Source: a bacterium (GTDB taxonomy: Bacteria; Patescibacteriota; Microgenomatia; UBA8517). Taken from it: a DNA stretch of 64,000 bases. The notes under the pieces were generated by a model. It was not told the origin of the DNA. It was given only the letters and a program-made list of their open reading frames with translations, and did not search any database. Position numbers and translations under genes: made by a program. Shown here one piece after another: positions 38,685-49,181 of this stretch. The DNA lies in assembly GCA_021824915.1 (NCBI GenBank), contig JAKAJP010000018.1:596-64595 (forward strand). The letters are read 5' to 3'. Each line of letters starts with the position of its first letter. Position 1 is the stretch's first letter.

Positions 38685-40391
38685 ATGCGAGCTCGAATTT
38701 ATCTACTAACCTTTGCGTTTATAATAGTCTTTGCGGTTCTAATTTTGAGACTTTTTTACTGGCAGATTGTAAAAGGGTCGGACCTGTCCCGTGCGGCGGG
38801 GAATCAGTATAAAGTCTCCGAAGTTACAAGTGCACCCAGAGGTAATATTTTAGCATCGGATGGCAGTTTTTGGGCACTCCGCGCTGATGCCTGGCTCGTC
38901 TTTGCCAATCCAAGTCAGATTACTGACCCCCGTGGGACTTCCGAGAAACTTGCCCCTTATTTTGTTGATGATGTGAAGGATCAGACAACGCTCCTTGATG
39001 AGATAGATAGACTAACGGGCCTTCTTTCTAAAAAAGACGCTTTCTGGGTTTCGTTAAAAGAAAGAGTTAGCCCCGATGTTAAAGGTGAAATAGAGAAGAT
39101 GAATATAAGAGGGATTGGTTTTCAAAATCAGGAGGCGAGATATTATCCGGAGGCTTCAAGTGCCGCCCAACTTTTGGGTTTTGTCGGAAAGGATAATAAT
39201 GGCGGAGATTTGGGCTATTTTGGCCTTGAGGGGTATTATAATCTTGCGCTTTCCGGTAAGTCAGGGTTTATTGGTGGAGAGAGAGACGCAAAAGGAGCAC
39301 CAATCCTGCTTGGAACGACTCAGCAAGTTGCGGCTATTGCGGGTGTGGATCTAATGACAAGTATAGACAAAAGGGTTCAGCTAATTTTGGAGACCAAATT
39401 GAGGGAAGGAATTGAAAAGTATGGGGCGAAGGGTGGATCGGTGGTGGTAATGAACCCGACTAGCGGGGATATCTTGGGAATGGCAAGTTACCCATCGTTT
39501 GACCCGGCAAAATATTGGCAGTATTCTGACTCCCTTTTTAAGAACCCGATAATCTCTGATGCCTATGAGCCGGGTTCAATATTTAAGCCAATTGTGATGG
39601 CGGCTGGCATTGACGCCGGGAAAATTAAGCCGGACACAAAGTGCGATATTTGTGGCGGTCCGTTAAAGGTGGATAAATATTATATTGAAACTTGGGACAA
39701 TAAATATCGTGACAACGAAACAATGACGGATGTTATTGTTAATTCGGATAATGTTGGTATGAGTTTTGTGGGACAAAAATTGGGGGTGGACGCTCTCTAC
39801 GATTATTTGGAAAAGTTTGGAATAGGAAAATCTTCCGGAATAGATTTACAAGGCGAAGCTGTGCCTAAGCTTAGGCAGAGAGGAACATGGAATATAGTGG
39901 ACCAGGCGACGGCAACTTTTGGACAGGGTGTGGCGGTTACTTCTATTCAGATGGTCAGGGCAATATCTACTATTGCTAATGGCGGTTATTTGGTTACTCC
40001 TCACGTTGTCACGAGTGTCCAGGGAGATGGTTGGCGCGAGGACGTTGGAAATGTTTCTAAAGTCAGAATAATCAGTAAAGATGCGGCGGGCGACGTGGCT
40101 CTCATGATGGCTACTGCAGCTCAAGACGGAGAGAGTAAATGGGCTTATATACCCGGCTTTAGGATTGCGGGAAAGACAGGAACTGCCCAGATTCCAATTT
40201 CTGGTCACTATGATGATAAAAATACAATTGCGTCGTTTGTAGGCTTTGCCCCCTATGATAGTCCGAAGTTTGTAATGCTGGTCACGCTTCAAAAGCCACA
40301 GACCAGTGAGTGGGCTTCGGAGACAGCAGCTCCACTCTGGTATTCGATTGCGGGTGAGCTATTGACTTATTTGGGTGTTCAACCTAGATAA
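38685..40391 (+). CDS. ftsI: Class B penicillin-binding protein
   Basis: PRGNI, RYYP, GLEG, EPGSIFK (SxxK), SDN, GKTGTAQ. Confidence 0.92.
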   Translation: MRARIYLLTFAFIIVFAVLILRLFYWQIVKGSDLSRAAGNQYKVSEVTSAPRGNILASDGSFWALRADAWLVFANPSQITDPRGTSEKLAPYFVDDVKDQTTLLDEIDRLTGLLSKKDAFWVSLKERVSPDVKGEIEKMNIRGIGFQNQEARYYPEASSAAQLLGFVGKDNNGGDLGYFGLEGYYNLALSGKSGFIGGERDAKGAPILLGTTQQVAAIAGVDLMTSIDKRVQLILETKLREGIEKYGAKGGSVVVMNPTSGDILGMASYPSFDPAKYWQYSDSLFKNPIISDAYEPGSIFKPIVMAAGIDAGKIKPDTKCDICGGPLKVDKYYIETWDNKYRDNETMTDVIVNSDNVGMSFVGQKLGVDALYDYLEKFGIGKSSGIDLQGEAVPKLRQRGTWNIVDQATATFGQGVAVTSIQMVRAISTIANGGYLVTPHVVTSVQGDGWREDVGNVSKVRIISKDAAGDVALMMATAAQDGESKWAYIPGFRIAGKTGTAQIPISGHYDDKNTIASFVGFAPYDSPKFVMLVTLQKPQTSEWASETAAPLWYSIAGELLTYLGVQPR

Positions 40392-40411
40392 TGCTACAAT
40401 ATGGGGCGCCA

Positions 40412-41677
40412 ATGTCGAAATTCATCGTAACCGGCGGAAGAAGACTTGAGGGAAGCATAACTATTAATGGAAATAAAAACTCCGCCCTTAAGCTTATTCC
40501 GGCTGCGCTCATTGCCGATTCTCCGTCAACTTTTACAAATGTGCCTGATATATCCGACGTAAGGGTAATGCTTGAAATTATTGAAAGTCTGGGGGCTAAG
40601 GTCAAAAAGGACGGGCATGAGATCACGATTGACCCGTCCGGTCTAAAGTCTTTTGATCTTGATCCTGATTTGTCCTCAAAATTCAGAGCTTCGGTTGTTC
40701 TTGCGGCTCCTCTATTGGTCAGATTTGGCAAAGCCATAGTTACTCCTCCGGGAGGAGATCAGATAGGTGACCGACTGCTTGATACTCACTTTAGCCTAAT
40801 GCAGAAAATGGGTGTTACTATTGAGCGCAAGGACGGCAGGTTTTATCTCGACTGGGAAAAGAGGAAGGCTGCAAAAATATTTTTGGAGGAAGCGAGTGTT
40901 ACCGCAACGGAAATGGGTTTAATTATGGCTTCTTCTATGAATACCGAAACCGAGCTAACCGATGTGGCTGCTGAACCGCACGTAAGTGACTTGGCAGAGT
41001 ATTTAGTCGCAACCGGGGCAAAGATTTCCGGAATAGGCACTAATAGTTTAGCTATAAGTGGAGGTAAGTTGCATGGTGCGTCTCATAAAGTTTGTCCCGA
41101 TCATATTGAAGGAGGAACTTTTGCGATAGCGGCTGCTTTGACAGGTGGAAAAATTGAAATTAATGATTTTGCACCGGATAAGTATCCTATGATTTTTAAT
41201 TATTTATCCTACATGGGAGTTACCTTCAAGGTCTCAAAAAATTCGGTGACGGTTTTGCCTTCAAAGTTGGTAGCCGAGAGGCGCAAGTTTCAAACCCGTC
41301 CATGGCCGGGTTTTCCGACGGATTTAATGAGTCCTTTTATTGTTCTGGCAACACAAACTAAGGGGACGGTGCTTTGTCATGACTGGATGTATGAGTGGCG
41401 GATGTTTTTTGTTGACGATCTTATCTCGATGGGTGCAAATATCTTCATTGCCGACCCGCATAGAGTGATCGTGAGCGGCCCGACTCCTCTAATGAGCGAT
41501 AGACTTTTTTGTAAGGATATAAGAGCCGGGATCTCCGTTATTTTGGCAGCGCTAGCAGCAAACGGCAGGAGTGAAATAGAAAACATTGAGGTTGTTGAAC
41601 GCGGCTACGAAGATGTTGAGGCCCGCTTCGCCTCGCTAGGAGCCCAAATTATCAAGGTCAATGGTGAAAAAAGTTAG
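40412..41677 (+). CDS. murA: UDP-N-acetylglucosamine 1-carboxyvinyltransferase (Asp-type)
   Basis: GNKNSAL, RAS, PGGDQIGDR, SVTATE, PGFPTD, DIRAG, ERGYE. Confidence 0.95.
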   Translation: MSKFIVTGGRRLEGSITINGNKNSALKLIPAALIADSPSTFTNVPDISDVRVMLEIIESLGAKVKKDGHEITIDPSGLKSFDLDPDLSSKFRASVVLAAPLLVRFGKAIVTPPGGDQIGDRLLDTHFSLMQKMGVTIERKDGRFYLDWEKRKAAKIFLEEASVTATEMGLIMASSMNTETELTDVAAEPHVSDLAEYLVATGAKISGIGTNSLAISGGKLHGASHKVCPDHIEGGTFAIAAALTGGKIEINDFAPDKYPMIFNYLSYMGVTFKVSKNSVTVLPSKLVAERRKFQTRPWPGFPTDLMSPFIVLATQTKGTVLCHDWMYEWRMFFVDDLISMGANIFIADPHRVIVSGPTPLMSDRLFCKDIRAGISVILAALAANGRSEIENIEVVERGYEDVEARFASLGAQIIKVNGEKS

Positions 41678-43688
41678 AGGAGTTACTTCCGATTCCAGAT
41701 TAGTTAAAGAAGGTTTTATGTTTGTGGCGATTAAAGGTCTAACTGAAGATGGCCACGACTTTATTCCGGATGCAATTAAAAACGGCGCCATAGTGATTGT
41801 GGGAGAAAAAGATCTCAAAGTTCCTTCCGGGATTAAATATGTTAAGGTTGCCGATAGCCGTGATGCCATTGGGAAATATGCCTCGGAATTTTACGGAGAT
41901 CCTTCAAACAAACTTAAAGTTATTGGGGTGACAGGCACCAAAGGTAAGACAACTACGGTTCATATTATTTACCATATTTTATCATCTTTAGGTAAGAAGG
42001 TTGGAATGGTGAGTTCGATTGCAGCAAAAGTTGGAAATAAAGAATTTGATACCGGCTTCCATGTAACAAGTCCTGACTGCCTAACACTCCAAAAGTTGTT
42101 AGCGGATATGGTTAAGGCGGGTTGCGAATATGCAGTGATCGAAGTAAGCTCTCATGGCATTAAGCAAAAAAGGATAGCCGGTGTTAATTTTGATACCGCT
42201 GTTTTAACCAATATTGCTCCCGAACATCTTGATTACCACAAAACTTTCGAGGAATATAAAAAAGTCAAAATGTCGTTTATCAATTCGGCAAAAAATAAAG
42301 TTATTTGCCCCCCAAAAACCGATATAAACATTTTGCCGGGGCTTTTTAACAACCTGAACGCTGAAGCAGCAATTCGCGCCTTATCTTTTTATGGCATTGA
42401 TAAAAATGAGGCAGTTTCAACTCTTGACTCTTTTAGGCTTCCGGCCGGGCGTTTGGAAGAGACTGAAAATGAAGGAGTAAAAATTTTTATTGATTTTGCG
42501 CATACGCCGAATTCACTTGAAGCGGCTCTAACTTACTTAAGAACAAAAACAAAGAGAAAACTAATTTCGGTTTTTGGTTGTGCCGGAGAAAGAGATAAGC
42601 GGAAAAGATTTCAAATGGGGAAAATTTCTGTCAGTTTGGCGGATTTTTCGGTCTTCACGGCTGAGGATCCGAGACGTGAGGATTTGGGCGTAATTTTAGG
42701 CAGAGTTTCTAAAGGAGCTAAGAGTGTTGGCGCGAAAGAAGGGCAGAATTTTGTCAGAATTTACGAACGCGGAGAAGCGATTGCTTACGCCCTATCAATT
42801 GCTAAAAAAGGAGACGTTATCGGAATATTCGGTAAGGGGCACGAGAAGAGCCTTGCTTATGGCTCCGAATCTTTCGGTAAAGTCTTTGAACATCCGTGGA
42901 GTGATCAGGAAGCGGTTGAGAATTACATAACTTCTGATAAAAGCATAACCGCAATTGTTTTGGCTGCAGGTAAGGGAACCAGGATGCACTCTAGCCTTCC
43001 TAAAGTTCTCCATGAAATTTGCGGCAGGCCGATGATTTCCTACACCTTGCAAAATTTGAGAAGGTCGGGCGTTAGCGAAATCATTACGGTGGTTTCTTTT
43101 AAGAAAAATTTGGTAATCCGAAAGATTTCAGGTGCGGTTAAGATTGCCGTTCAAAAGAACCCCAAAGGAGGTACAGCCGACGCTGCAAAGGCGGGTTTTG
43201 CTTTTGTACCTGATGGCACCCGAACATTAATTGTAATAAATGGGGATGACAGCGCTTTCTATACTCCGGGGACGATCAAAAATATTTTGAAGATACATAG
43301 TCAGCGCGAGCGAAAATTAACTTTTGTATCACTAATGAAAGATAATCCTACCGGTTTGGGAAGAGTTATCAGAGGGGAAAGTGGATTAATAACAAAGATA
43401 GTTGAAGAAAAAGATGCAACCGCGGAAGAACGTAAGATTAAGGAAGTCAATGACGGACTTTATGTTTTTGACAAAGCTTGGTTTTCTCAAAATATAGGTA
43501 AGGTTAAGATAAGCCCGCAAGGCGAGTATTATTTGGTTGATTTGATTAAAATAGCAATTGACCAGGGAGACAGGATGGCGACATATACGTTACCCAATGA
43601 TGATGAATGGCAAGGGATTAATACTTCTGAGGAGCTGGAAAAGGCAAGGTCTAAGATGGTAAAAAGGATTGAGGCTCTGAATGAATAA
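41661..43688 (+). CDS. murE: MurE ligase fused to GlmU-like N-terminal uridylyltransferase domain
   Basis: DSR, GVTGTKGKTT, EVSSH, EHLDYH, DFAHTP, GCAGERD, GKGHE; then LAAGKGTRM..LPKVLH, GRVIR, IVEEKDA, EYYLVD, GIN. Confidence 0.92.
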   Translation: MVKKVRGVTSDSRLVKEGFMFVAIKGLTEDGHDFIPDAIKNGAIVIVGEKDLKVPSGIKYVKVADSRDAIGKYASEFYGDPSNKLKVIGVTGTKGKTTTVHIIYHILSSLGKKVGMVSSIAAKVGNKEFDTGFHVTSPDCLTLQKLLADMVKAGCEYAVIEVSSHGIKQKRIAGVNFDTAVLTNIAPEHLDYHKTFEEYKKVKMSFINSAKNKVICPPKTDINILPGLFNNLNAEAAIRALSFYGIDKNEAVSTLDSFRLPAGRLEETENEGVKIFIDFAHTPNSLEAALTYLRTKTKRKLISVFGCAGERDKRKRFQMGKISVSLADFSVFTAEDPRREDLGVILGRVSKGAKSVGAKEGQNFVRIYERGEAIAYALSIAKKGDVIGIFGKGHEKSLAYGSESFGKVFEHPWSDQEAVENYITSDKSITAIVLAAGKGTRMHSSLPKVLHEICGRPMISYTLQNLRRSGVSEIITVVSFKKNLVIRKISGAVKIAVQKNPKGGTADAAKAGFAFVPDGTRTLIVINGDDSAFYTPGTIKNILKIHSQRERKLTFVSLMKDNPTGLGRVIRGESGLITKIVEEKDATAEERKIKEVNDGLYVFDKAWFSQNIGKVKISPQGEYYLVDLIKIAIDQGDRMATYTLPNDDEWQGINTSEELEKARSKMVKRIEALNE

Positions 43689-44958
43689 GCACATACATTT
43701 CATTGGCATCTTGGGTAGTGGAATTTCGGGGGTTGCAAATTTGGCATCAGAAGTTGGGTACAAGGTTACCGGATGTGATATGGAAGCGGCTTCAGCTTAT
43801 ACAACTACCGGAGAAAAAGTTTTTTTGGGGCATGACACAAAACATATAAAAGACGCCGATTTGGTTGTTGTATCTCCCGCGGTTCTTTATCAAAACTTCG
43901 ACAATCCGGAAATTGCTGAAGCAAGACGGCGAAAAATCTTAATCACCTGGCAGGAATTTTTAGGGAGAACACTTCTGAAACAAAAGAAAGTAATTTGCAT
44001 CGCCGGAACTCATGGCAAATCGACAACTACAGCCATGGCAGGACAACTTCTCGAAGCCCTTAAGTTTGATCCGTTAGTTGTTGTTGGGGCACTTATACCC
44101 GAGTGGAAAAGTAATGTTAGATTTGGGAAAGGTGAGTTTGCCGTTATTGAGGCGGATGAGTTTAATGATAATTTTCTGAATTATTCTCCTGAAATTGTGA
44201 TTCTTAACAATGTTGAGTTTGATCATCCTGATTATTTTAAGAATGAGCAGGAAGTTTTTGCCAGTTTCAAAAAATTTATTGAAAGTTTGTCTGGGGATGC
44301 AATTTTGATTACGAACTCAAATTCTTTTGGTATATCAAAACTTCTTGGTTTGATAGATCGGAAAATTAATGTTATCGATATCAAAGATTTGGACGTTGAT
44401 CTTAAATTAAAAATTCCGGGTAGACATAACATTGAAAACGCCAAAGGTGTTTATGCGCTCGGTTTATATTTGGGGATTAAAAGCTCGGATATTAAGCATG
44501 TTATATCTGGTTTTAGCGGAATAGGAAGAAGAATGGAGCTGATTGCGAGTAAAAAAGGAATTGAGGTTTATGATGATTATGCTCATCATCCGACTGCAAT
44601 AGCCGCAACCATTCAGGCAATTCGCGAAAGTCACCCCAAGGCGCGTATTTGGGCGATTGATGAGCCGCATGGCTTTGCCAGGACAAAGGCGCTTCTAAAC
44701 AAGTACAGAGGTGTTTTTGAAAAAGCCGATAGGGTTATAATCGGGCCGATTTTTGTTGCCCGAGATAGAGAAACATTTGGTATGTCGCCTAGAGCGGTAG
44801 CGGAGGCTTCCGGGTACCCGAAAGCCATCGGGGTTGATTCATATGATGCGATTGAAAAAATTCTTTCTAAAGAAATAAGACAGGGAGATGTGATTCTGGT
44901 TATGGGTGCGGGAAAGAGTTATCTTTGGACACGCAAAATTGCAAAATTAATTAAATGA
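43681..44958 (+). CDS. murC: UDP-N-acetylmuramate--L-alanine ligase
   Basis: HFIGILGSGISG, AGTHGKSTTT, EADE, DHPD, DDYAHHPT, MGAG. Confidence 0.93.
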   Translation: MNKHIHFIGILGSGISGVANLASEVGYKVTGCDMEAASAYTTTGEKVFLGHDTKHIKDADLVVVSPAVLYQNFDNPEIAEARRRKILITWQEFLGRTLLKQKKVICIAGTHGKSTTTAMAGQLLEALKFDPLVVVGALIPEWKSNVRFGKGEFAVIEADEFNDNFLNYSPEIVILNNVEFDHPDYFKNEQEVFASFKKFIESLSGDAILITNSNSFGISKLLGLIDRKINVIDIKDLDVDLKLKIPGRHNIENAKGVYALGLYLGIKSSDIKHVISGFSGIGRRMELIASKKGIEVYDDYAHHPTAIAATIQAIRESHPKARIWAIDEPHGFARTKALLNKYRGVFEKADRVIIGPIFVARDRETFGMSPRAVAEASGYPKAIGVDSYDAIEKILSKEIRQGDVILVMGAGKSYLWTRKIAKLIK

Positions 44959-45983
44959 GAAAGCTTAGAATTTTTGAGAACAAAAGGTTTAGTGATTTGA
45001 CTACATTTCGTATTGGCGGACGGATAAAATATTACACTGAGGTTGAGAATAAAGATCAGATTTGCGAGGCTGTCTCATTAGCCAAGAAAAAGAAACTTGA
45101 AATATTTGTATTGGGTGGTGGAAGTGACATCTTGGTCTCCGATAAAGATTTTTCCGGAATTGCAATTAAATATGTGGGGACCACTATTTCATATCTTGGA
45201 GACGGGAAGATAAAAGCGGAGGCTGGCGCGATTTGGGATGATTTGGTAAATTTTTCGGTCGAGAAAAATTTGCAGGGCCTTGAATGCATGAGCGGAATTC
45301 CGGGGACGGTCGGAGCTTCACCTATTCAAAACATTGGAGCTTACGGGCAAGAACTAAAAAATTCGTTTTTTAGTTTAATTGCGTTTGATATTAATAGTGA
45401 AAAATTTGTAGAGTTTGATAAAAGTGATTGCGAGTTTGCCTATAGGGAAAGTTTTTTCAAGAAAAAAGAGAATTGGCAGAAATATATGATTTCAGATGTA
45501 ACCTTTCAACTTAAAACCGATGCCAAGCCACAGGTAAGTTACGATTCGCTTAAAAATTATCTGAAAGAGCGGAAAATAAACGACCCGACATTGCTTGAAG
45601 TCAGAAAAGCAGTTTTAAGAATTAGAGCCGGAAAGTTTGAAAACCCGAAAGATGTGGGTAATGCAGGTTCGTTTTTTCAAAATCCCGTCGTTGACGCAAA
45701 GAAAATACAGGATTTAAGAAAGAATTATTCCGACATACCATGCTTTGATAACGGTGACGGAACGTACAAATGTTTTGCCGGTTGGTTTATAGAGAATTCC
45801 GGTTGGAAAGGAAAAGTTTATAAGGGCGCCGGCGTTTCGCCCCGTCACGCCTTAATATTAATTAATCCTGAGAGTAAGGCTAAGGCGGATGATGTCTATG
45901 AACTTTCGGAAAAAATAATAAATGATGTTGATAAAAAATTTGGGGTAAAACTAAAACGGGAGGTTCAACTTATTAATTTTTGA
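44955..45983 (+). CDS. murB: UDP-N-acetylenolpyruvoylglucosamine reductase
   Basis: TTFRIGG, GIPGTVGASPIQNIGAYG, YRES, NAGSFFQNP, HALILIN. Confidence 0.95.
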   Translation: MRKLRIFENKRFSDLTTFRIGGRIKYYTEVENKDQICEAVSLAKKKKLEIFVLGGGSDILVSDKDFSGIAIKYVGTTISYLGDGKIKAEAGAIWDDLVNFSVEKNLQGLECMSGIPGTVGASPIQNIGAYGQELKNSFFSLIAFDINSEKFVEFDKSDCEFAYRESFFKKKENWQKYMISDVTFQLKTDAKPQVSYDSLKNYLKERKINDPTLLEVRKAVLRIRAGKFENPKDVGNAGSFFQNPVVDAKKIQDLRKNYSDIPCFDNGDGTYKCFAGWFIENSGWKGKVYKGAGVSPRHALILINPESKAKADDVYELSEKIINDVDKKFGVKLKREVQLINF

Positions 45984-45993
45984 TACGAAAGTT

Positions 45994-47250
45994 ATGAATA
46001 TGAATTATCGGGGTAAAAAAATTGCAATATTAGGTTATGGGCTTGAGGGGGTTGATGCGGAAAAATTTTTGAAAAGCGAAGGGGCAGATATCACTGTTTT
46101 GGATCAAAAGTTTGATGGAAAATATTTAGAAAACTTAAGTAGTTTTGATTTTATTGTCCGTTCCCCCGGGGTTTACAGGTTTTTGCCGGAGATTGTTCGG
46201 GCAGAAAAAGCCGGAGTTAAAATAACAAGTGCTGTAAAACTTTTCTTTGAAAGTTGTCCGGCCAGGATTATTGGCGTAACCGGGACAAAGGGTAAAGGAA
46301 CGACTTCAACATTAATATATGAGATATTGAAAGCTGATGGACGCGAGGTTTACCTTGTAGGCAATATTGGTAAACCTTACTTGGAGCTTTTGCCAAAACT
46401 AAACTCTAAAGCCTGGGTGGTTATGGAGATGTCTTCGTTTCAGCTAATTGATATGGATATAAGTCCAAATATTGCGGTTGTTTTGAATATAACTTTGGAC
46501 CACATGGATTGGCATAAGAGTATTGAGGAATATAGAAATGCAAAAAAGAACATTGTAACTCATCAAAAACCTTTCGATTTTGCGGTTGTTAACGAAGAGT
46601 ATGATACTCCCAAGGGTTTTGCTACAGGGCTCAAATCAAAAGTGGTATTTTTTTCAAAAAAAACATTGAAGAAAGATTTCAAAGAAGGGCTTTTATTGAG
46701 GGGACAACATAATCTTGAAAACGTAGCGGCGGCGGTATCAGTAGCGCAAATAGTTGGGGTAAATGAAAAAACTATATTGAGTACAATAAAGAACTTCAAA
46801 GGATTGGAACATAGGCTTGAACTTGTTTCCGAAGTTGATGGAAGGACATTTTACAATGACTCGTTTGCTACGGGACCGCAGCCAACTATTGCTGCAATCA
46901 GGTCTTTTGACGAACCGGAGACGCTAATACTTGGCGGAAGTGACAAAGGTCTTGATTTTGATGAGTTGGGTGAGGAAATAACAAAGAGAGTTAATGTCAA
47001 AAACATTTTGTTAATAGGCCTAATTGGTCCGAAGATCGGGGAGGCGATTAAAAGATCTGGCTTTGGGGGTAATTTAGAGTATTTAGGAAAACCTGATATG
47101 AAAGAGATTGTTAGGCGCGCTTTTGAAATTACTCCGAAGGGTGGAGTTGTAGTTCTTTCGCCAGCTGCAGCGAGTTTTGATATGTTTGAAAACTATAAAG
47201 ATCGTGGAAATCAGTTTAAGAAGGCAGTACTAGAACTTAAAAATGGCTGA
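45994..47250 (+). CDS. murD: UDP-MurNAc-L-Ala--D-Glu ligase
   Basis: SPG, GTKGKGTT, GNIG, EMSSFQ, HRLE, NDS, SPAAASFDMF..Y..RG. Confidence 0.95.
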   Translation: MNMNYRGKKIAILGYGLEGVDAEKFLKSEGADITVLDQKFDGKYLENLSSFDFIVRSPGVYRFLPEIVRAEKAGVKITSAVKLFFESCPARIIGVTGTKGKGTTSTLIYEILKADGREVYLVGNIGKPYLELLPKLNSKAWVVMEMSSFQLIDMDISPNIAVVLNITLDHMDWHKSIEEYRNAKKNIVTHQKPFDFAVVNEEYDTPKGFATGLKSKVVFFSKKTLKKDFKEGLLLRGQHNLENVAAAVSVAQIVGVNEKTILSTIKNFKGLEHRLELVSEVDGRTFYNDSFATGPQPTIAAIRSFDEPETLILGGSDKGLDFDELGEEITKRVNVKNILLIGLIGPKIGEAIKRSGFGGNLEYLGKPDMKEIVRRAFEITPKGGVVVLSPAAASFDMFENYKDRGNQFKKAVLELKNG

Positions 47251-48019
47251 TAATCGCCCCATCGGAATATTTGACTCGGGTTTGGGTGGTCTGACTGTTG
47301 TCAGGGAGATTATTAAAATTTTACCAAACGAAGATTTAGTTTATTTAGGGGATACTGCCAGAGTACCATATGGAACTCGTAGCAAGGAGACGATTATTAA
47401 ATTTTCTTTTGAAGATGCAGAATTTTTACTGACTAAGAATGTTAAATGCATAATAATCGCTTGCAACACGGCATCTTCGGTCGCAGCCTCAGTATTAAAA
47501 AAGGAGCTGGATGTTCCTGTTTTTGATGTAATTGGTCCGGCTCTAAGAGATGCCCGTATGATTTCTGGAAACGGAAAGATCGGAATGATAGGGACAAGGG
47601 CGACTGTGGCAAGTGGTGCCTATAAGGACACTTTCGGAATTGCCTGTCCACTTCTTGTGCCGTTTATTGAAGAAGGTGAAATTAATTCTGGAGCTTTAGA
47701 GCTTGTGGTTAAAAATTATCTTAAGGGTTTTGAAAAAACCAAAATTAAGGCTTTAATTTTAGGTTGTACCCATTATCCGATAATTGAAGAACTTATTCGT
47801 AGGGTAATCGGAGGTGGTATTAAGCTAGTTAATCCGGAGAAGTCTGTTTCGATTGCTACCAAGAAGTATTTAATTGAACATAAAATGTTATCAGATAAAC
47901 AAGGACAAGGAAGACGAACATATTTTGTAACCGATTTAACCGATCGGTTCAAAAGTGTGGCTGAAATGTTCTTGGGTCATTCAATTAACGGTTATCTCAA
48001 AAAGGTTATAATAGGCTAG
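47243..48019 (+). CDS. murI: Glutamate racemase
   Basis: FDSGLGG, PYG, ACNTAS, LGCTHYP. Confidence 0.96.
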   Translation: MADNRPIGIFDSGLGGLTVVREIIKILPNEDLVYLGDTARVPYGTRSKETIIKFSFEDAEFLLTKNVKCIIIACNTASSVAASVLKKELDVPVFDVIGPALRDARMISGNGKIGMIGTRATVASGAYKDTFGIACPLLVPFIEEGEINSGALELVVKNYLKGFEKTKIKALILGCTHYPIIEELIRRVIGGGIKLVNPEKSVSIATKKYLIEHKMLSDKQGQGRRTYFVTDLTDRFKSVAEMFLGHSINGYLKKVIIG

Positions 48020-48021
48020 AC

Positions 48022-49143
48022 ATGAAGACTTACGGATTTGTTAGGCGGTGGATGGGAATAAAATTGCCCGAAGTACACTACAAGGATAAGACCAGCTTTG
48101 TGAAAAAATTCTTTTTTCACCCTATTAAGCGTAGATTGGCGAGATGTTATCTTATTTTCCTTCAAAAATTCACCAACCTGAAAGTTATTGCAATTACTGG
48201 GAGTGCGGGTAAAACAACAACAAAAGAAATGCTATCTTCAGTTTTGAAACAAGACGGTTTGACTGTTTATACAAAGGAGAATATCGACCCGGTTTACAAC
48301 ATTCCTACAACTATATTGAGAACTCTCCCATGGACCAAATATTTAGTTTTGGAGATGGGTGTCGAATATCCGGACGAAATGGATTTTTATTTATGGCTTG
48401 CAAAGCCAGATGTTGGGATTATTACTAATATTTTTCCTACCCATACCGCATTCCTTAATGACGTTGAGGGTGTGTTTAATGAAAAGAAAAAGCTGATTTT
48501 CGGACTTTCTGAAAAGGGTGTGGCGGTTCTTAATTCCGGGGACGAGCGATTGAAAAAACTGAAGGGTAAATTGAGAACTAAGATTGTTTGGTTCTCCGCA
48601 GATATCGATCCCTTTGTTCAAAACCATAATGCCGCCTATGCCGCCGCTGAGGTGTTGAAGATAAGTAAAGAAAAAATTGAGAAAGGTCTTTCAGAATATA
48701 AAAATCCTCCGCACAGACTGGCCTTGGTCAATCTGAAATCCGGCGCGGTGCTTCTGGATGATAGCTACAACAGCAATCCCTGGGCTGCAGTCTCGACGCT
48801 TAATTATTTTAATAGTCTGGTTAAAAAGCGAAATGATGTTAGAGGTAAAAAGATTGCTGTTTTGGGAGACATGTTGGAGCTTGGAGATTTTGACGAAGAG
48901 GGTCATAGACTTTTGGGCCGCGAGGTTGCCAAATCAGGTTTTAAGACCGTCATCGGGGTGGGAAAATCAGCCGGATTTATGATTGATGAAATAAATAGAA
49001 ACTCAAAAACCACTACTTTTTTAGTTCCGGATGTTTCAAGTGCGATTTTGCTGATTAAGAAGATGCTTAACAAAGGTGTGTTTGTTCTTGTGAAGGGCTC
49101 CAGATCAATTGGGCTTGATAAACTAGTTGAAGCTCTTTCTTGA
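48022..49143 (+). CDS. murF: UDP-MurNAc-tripeptide--D-Ala-D-Ala ligase (short form)
   Basis: ITGSAGKTTTKE, LEMG, DDSYNSNP, LGDMLELG, VKGSR. Confidence 0.92.
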   Translation: MKTYGFVRRWMGIKLPEVHYKDKTSFVKKFFFHPIKRRLARCYLIFLQKFTNLKVIAITGSAGKTTTKEMLSSVLKQDGLTVYTKENIDPVYNIPTTILRTLPWTKYLVLEMGVEYPDEMDFYLWLAKPDVGIITNIFPTHTAFLNDVEGVFNEKKKLIFGLSEKGVAVLNSGDERLKKLKGKLRTKIVWFSADIDPFVQNHNAAYAAAEVLKISKEKIEKGLSEYKNPPHRLALVNLKSGAVLLDDSYNSNPWAAVSTLNYFNSLVKKRNDVRGKKIAVLGDMLELGDFDEEGHRLLGREVAKSGFKTVIGVGKSAGFMIDEINRNSKTTTFLVPDVSSAILLIKKMLNKGVFVLVKGSRSIGLDKLVEALS

Positions 49144-49181
49144 TTGCGTGTGTTTTCACGAAGGATATATAATTAGTACCA

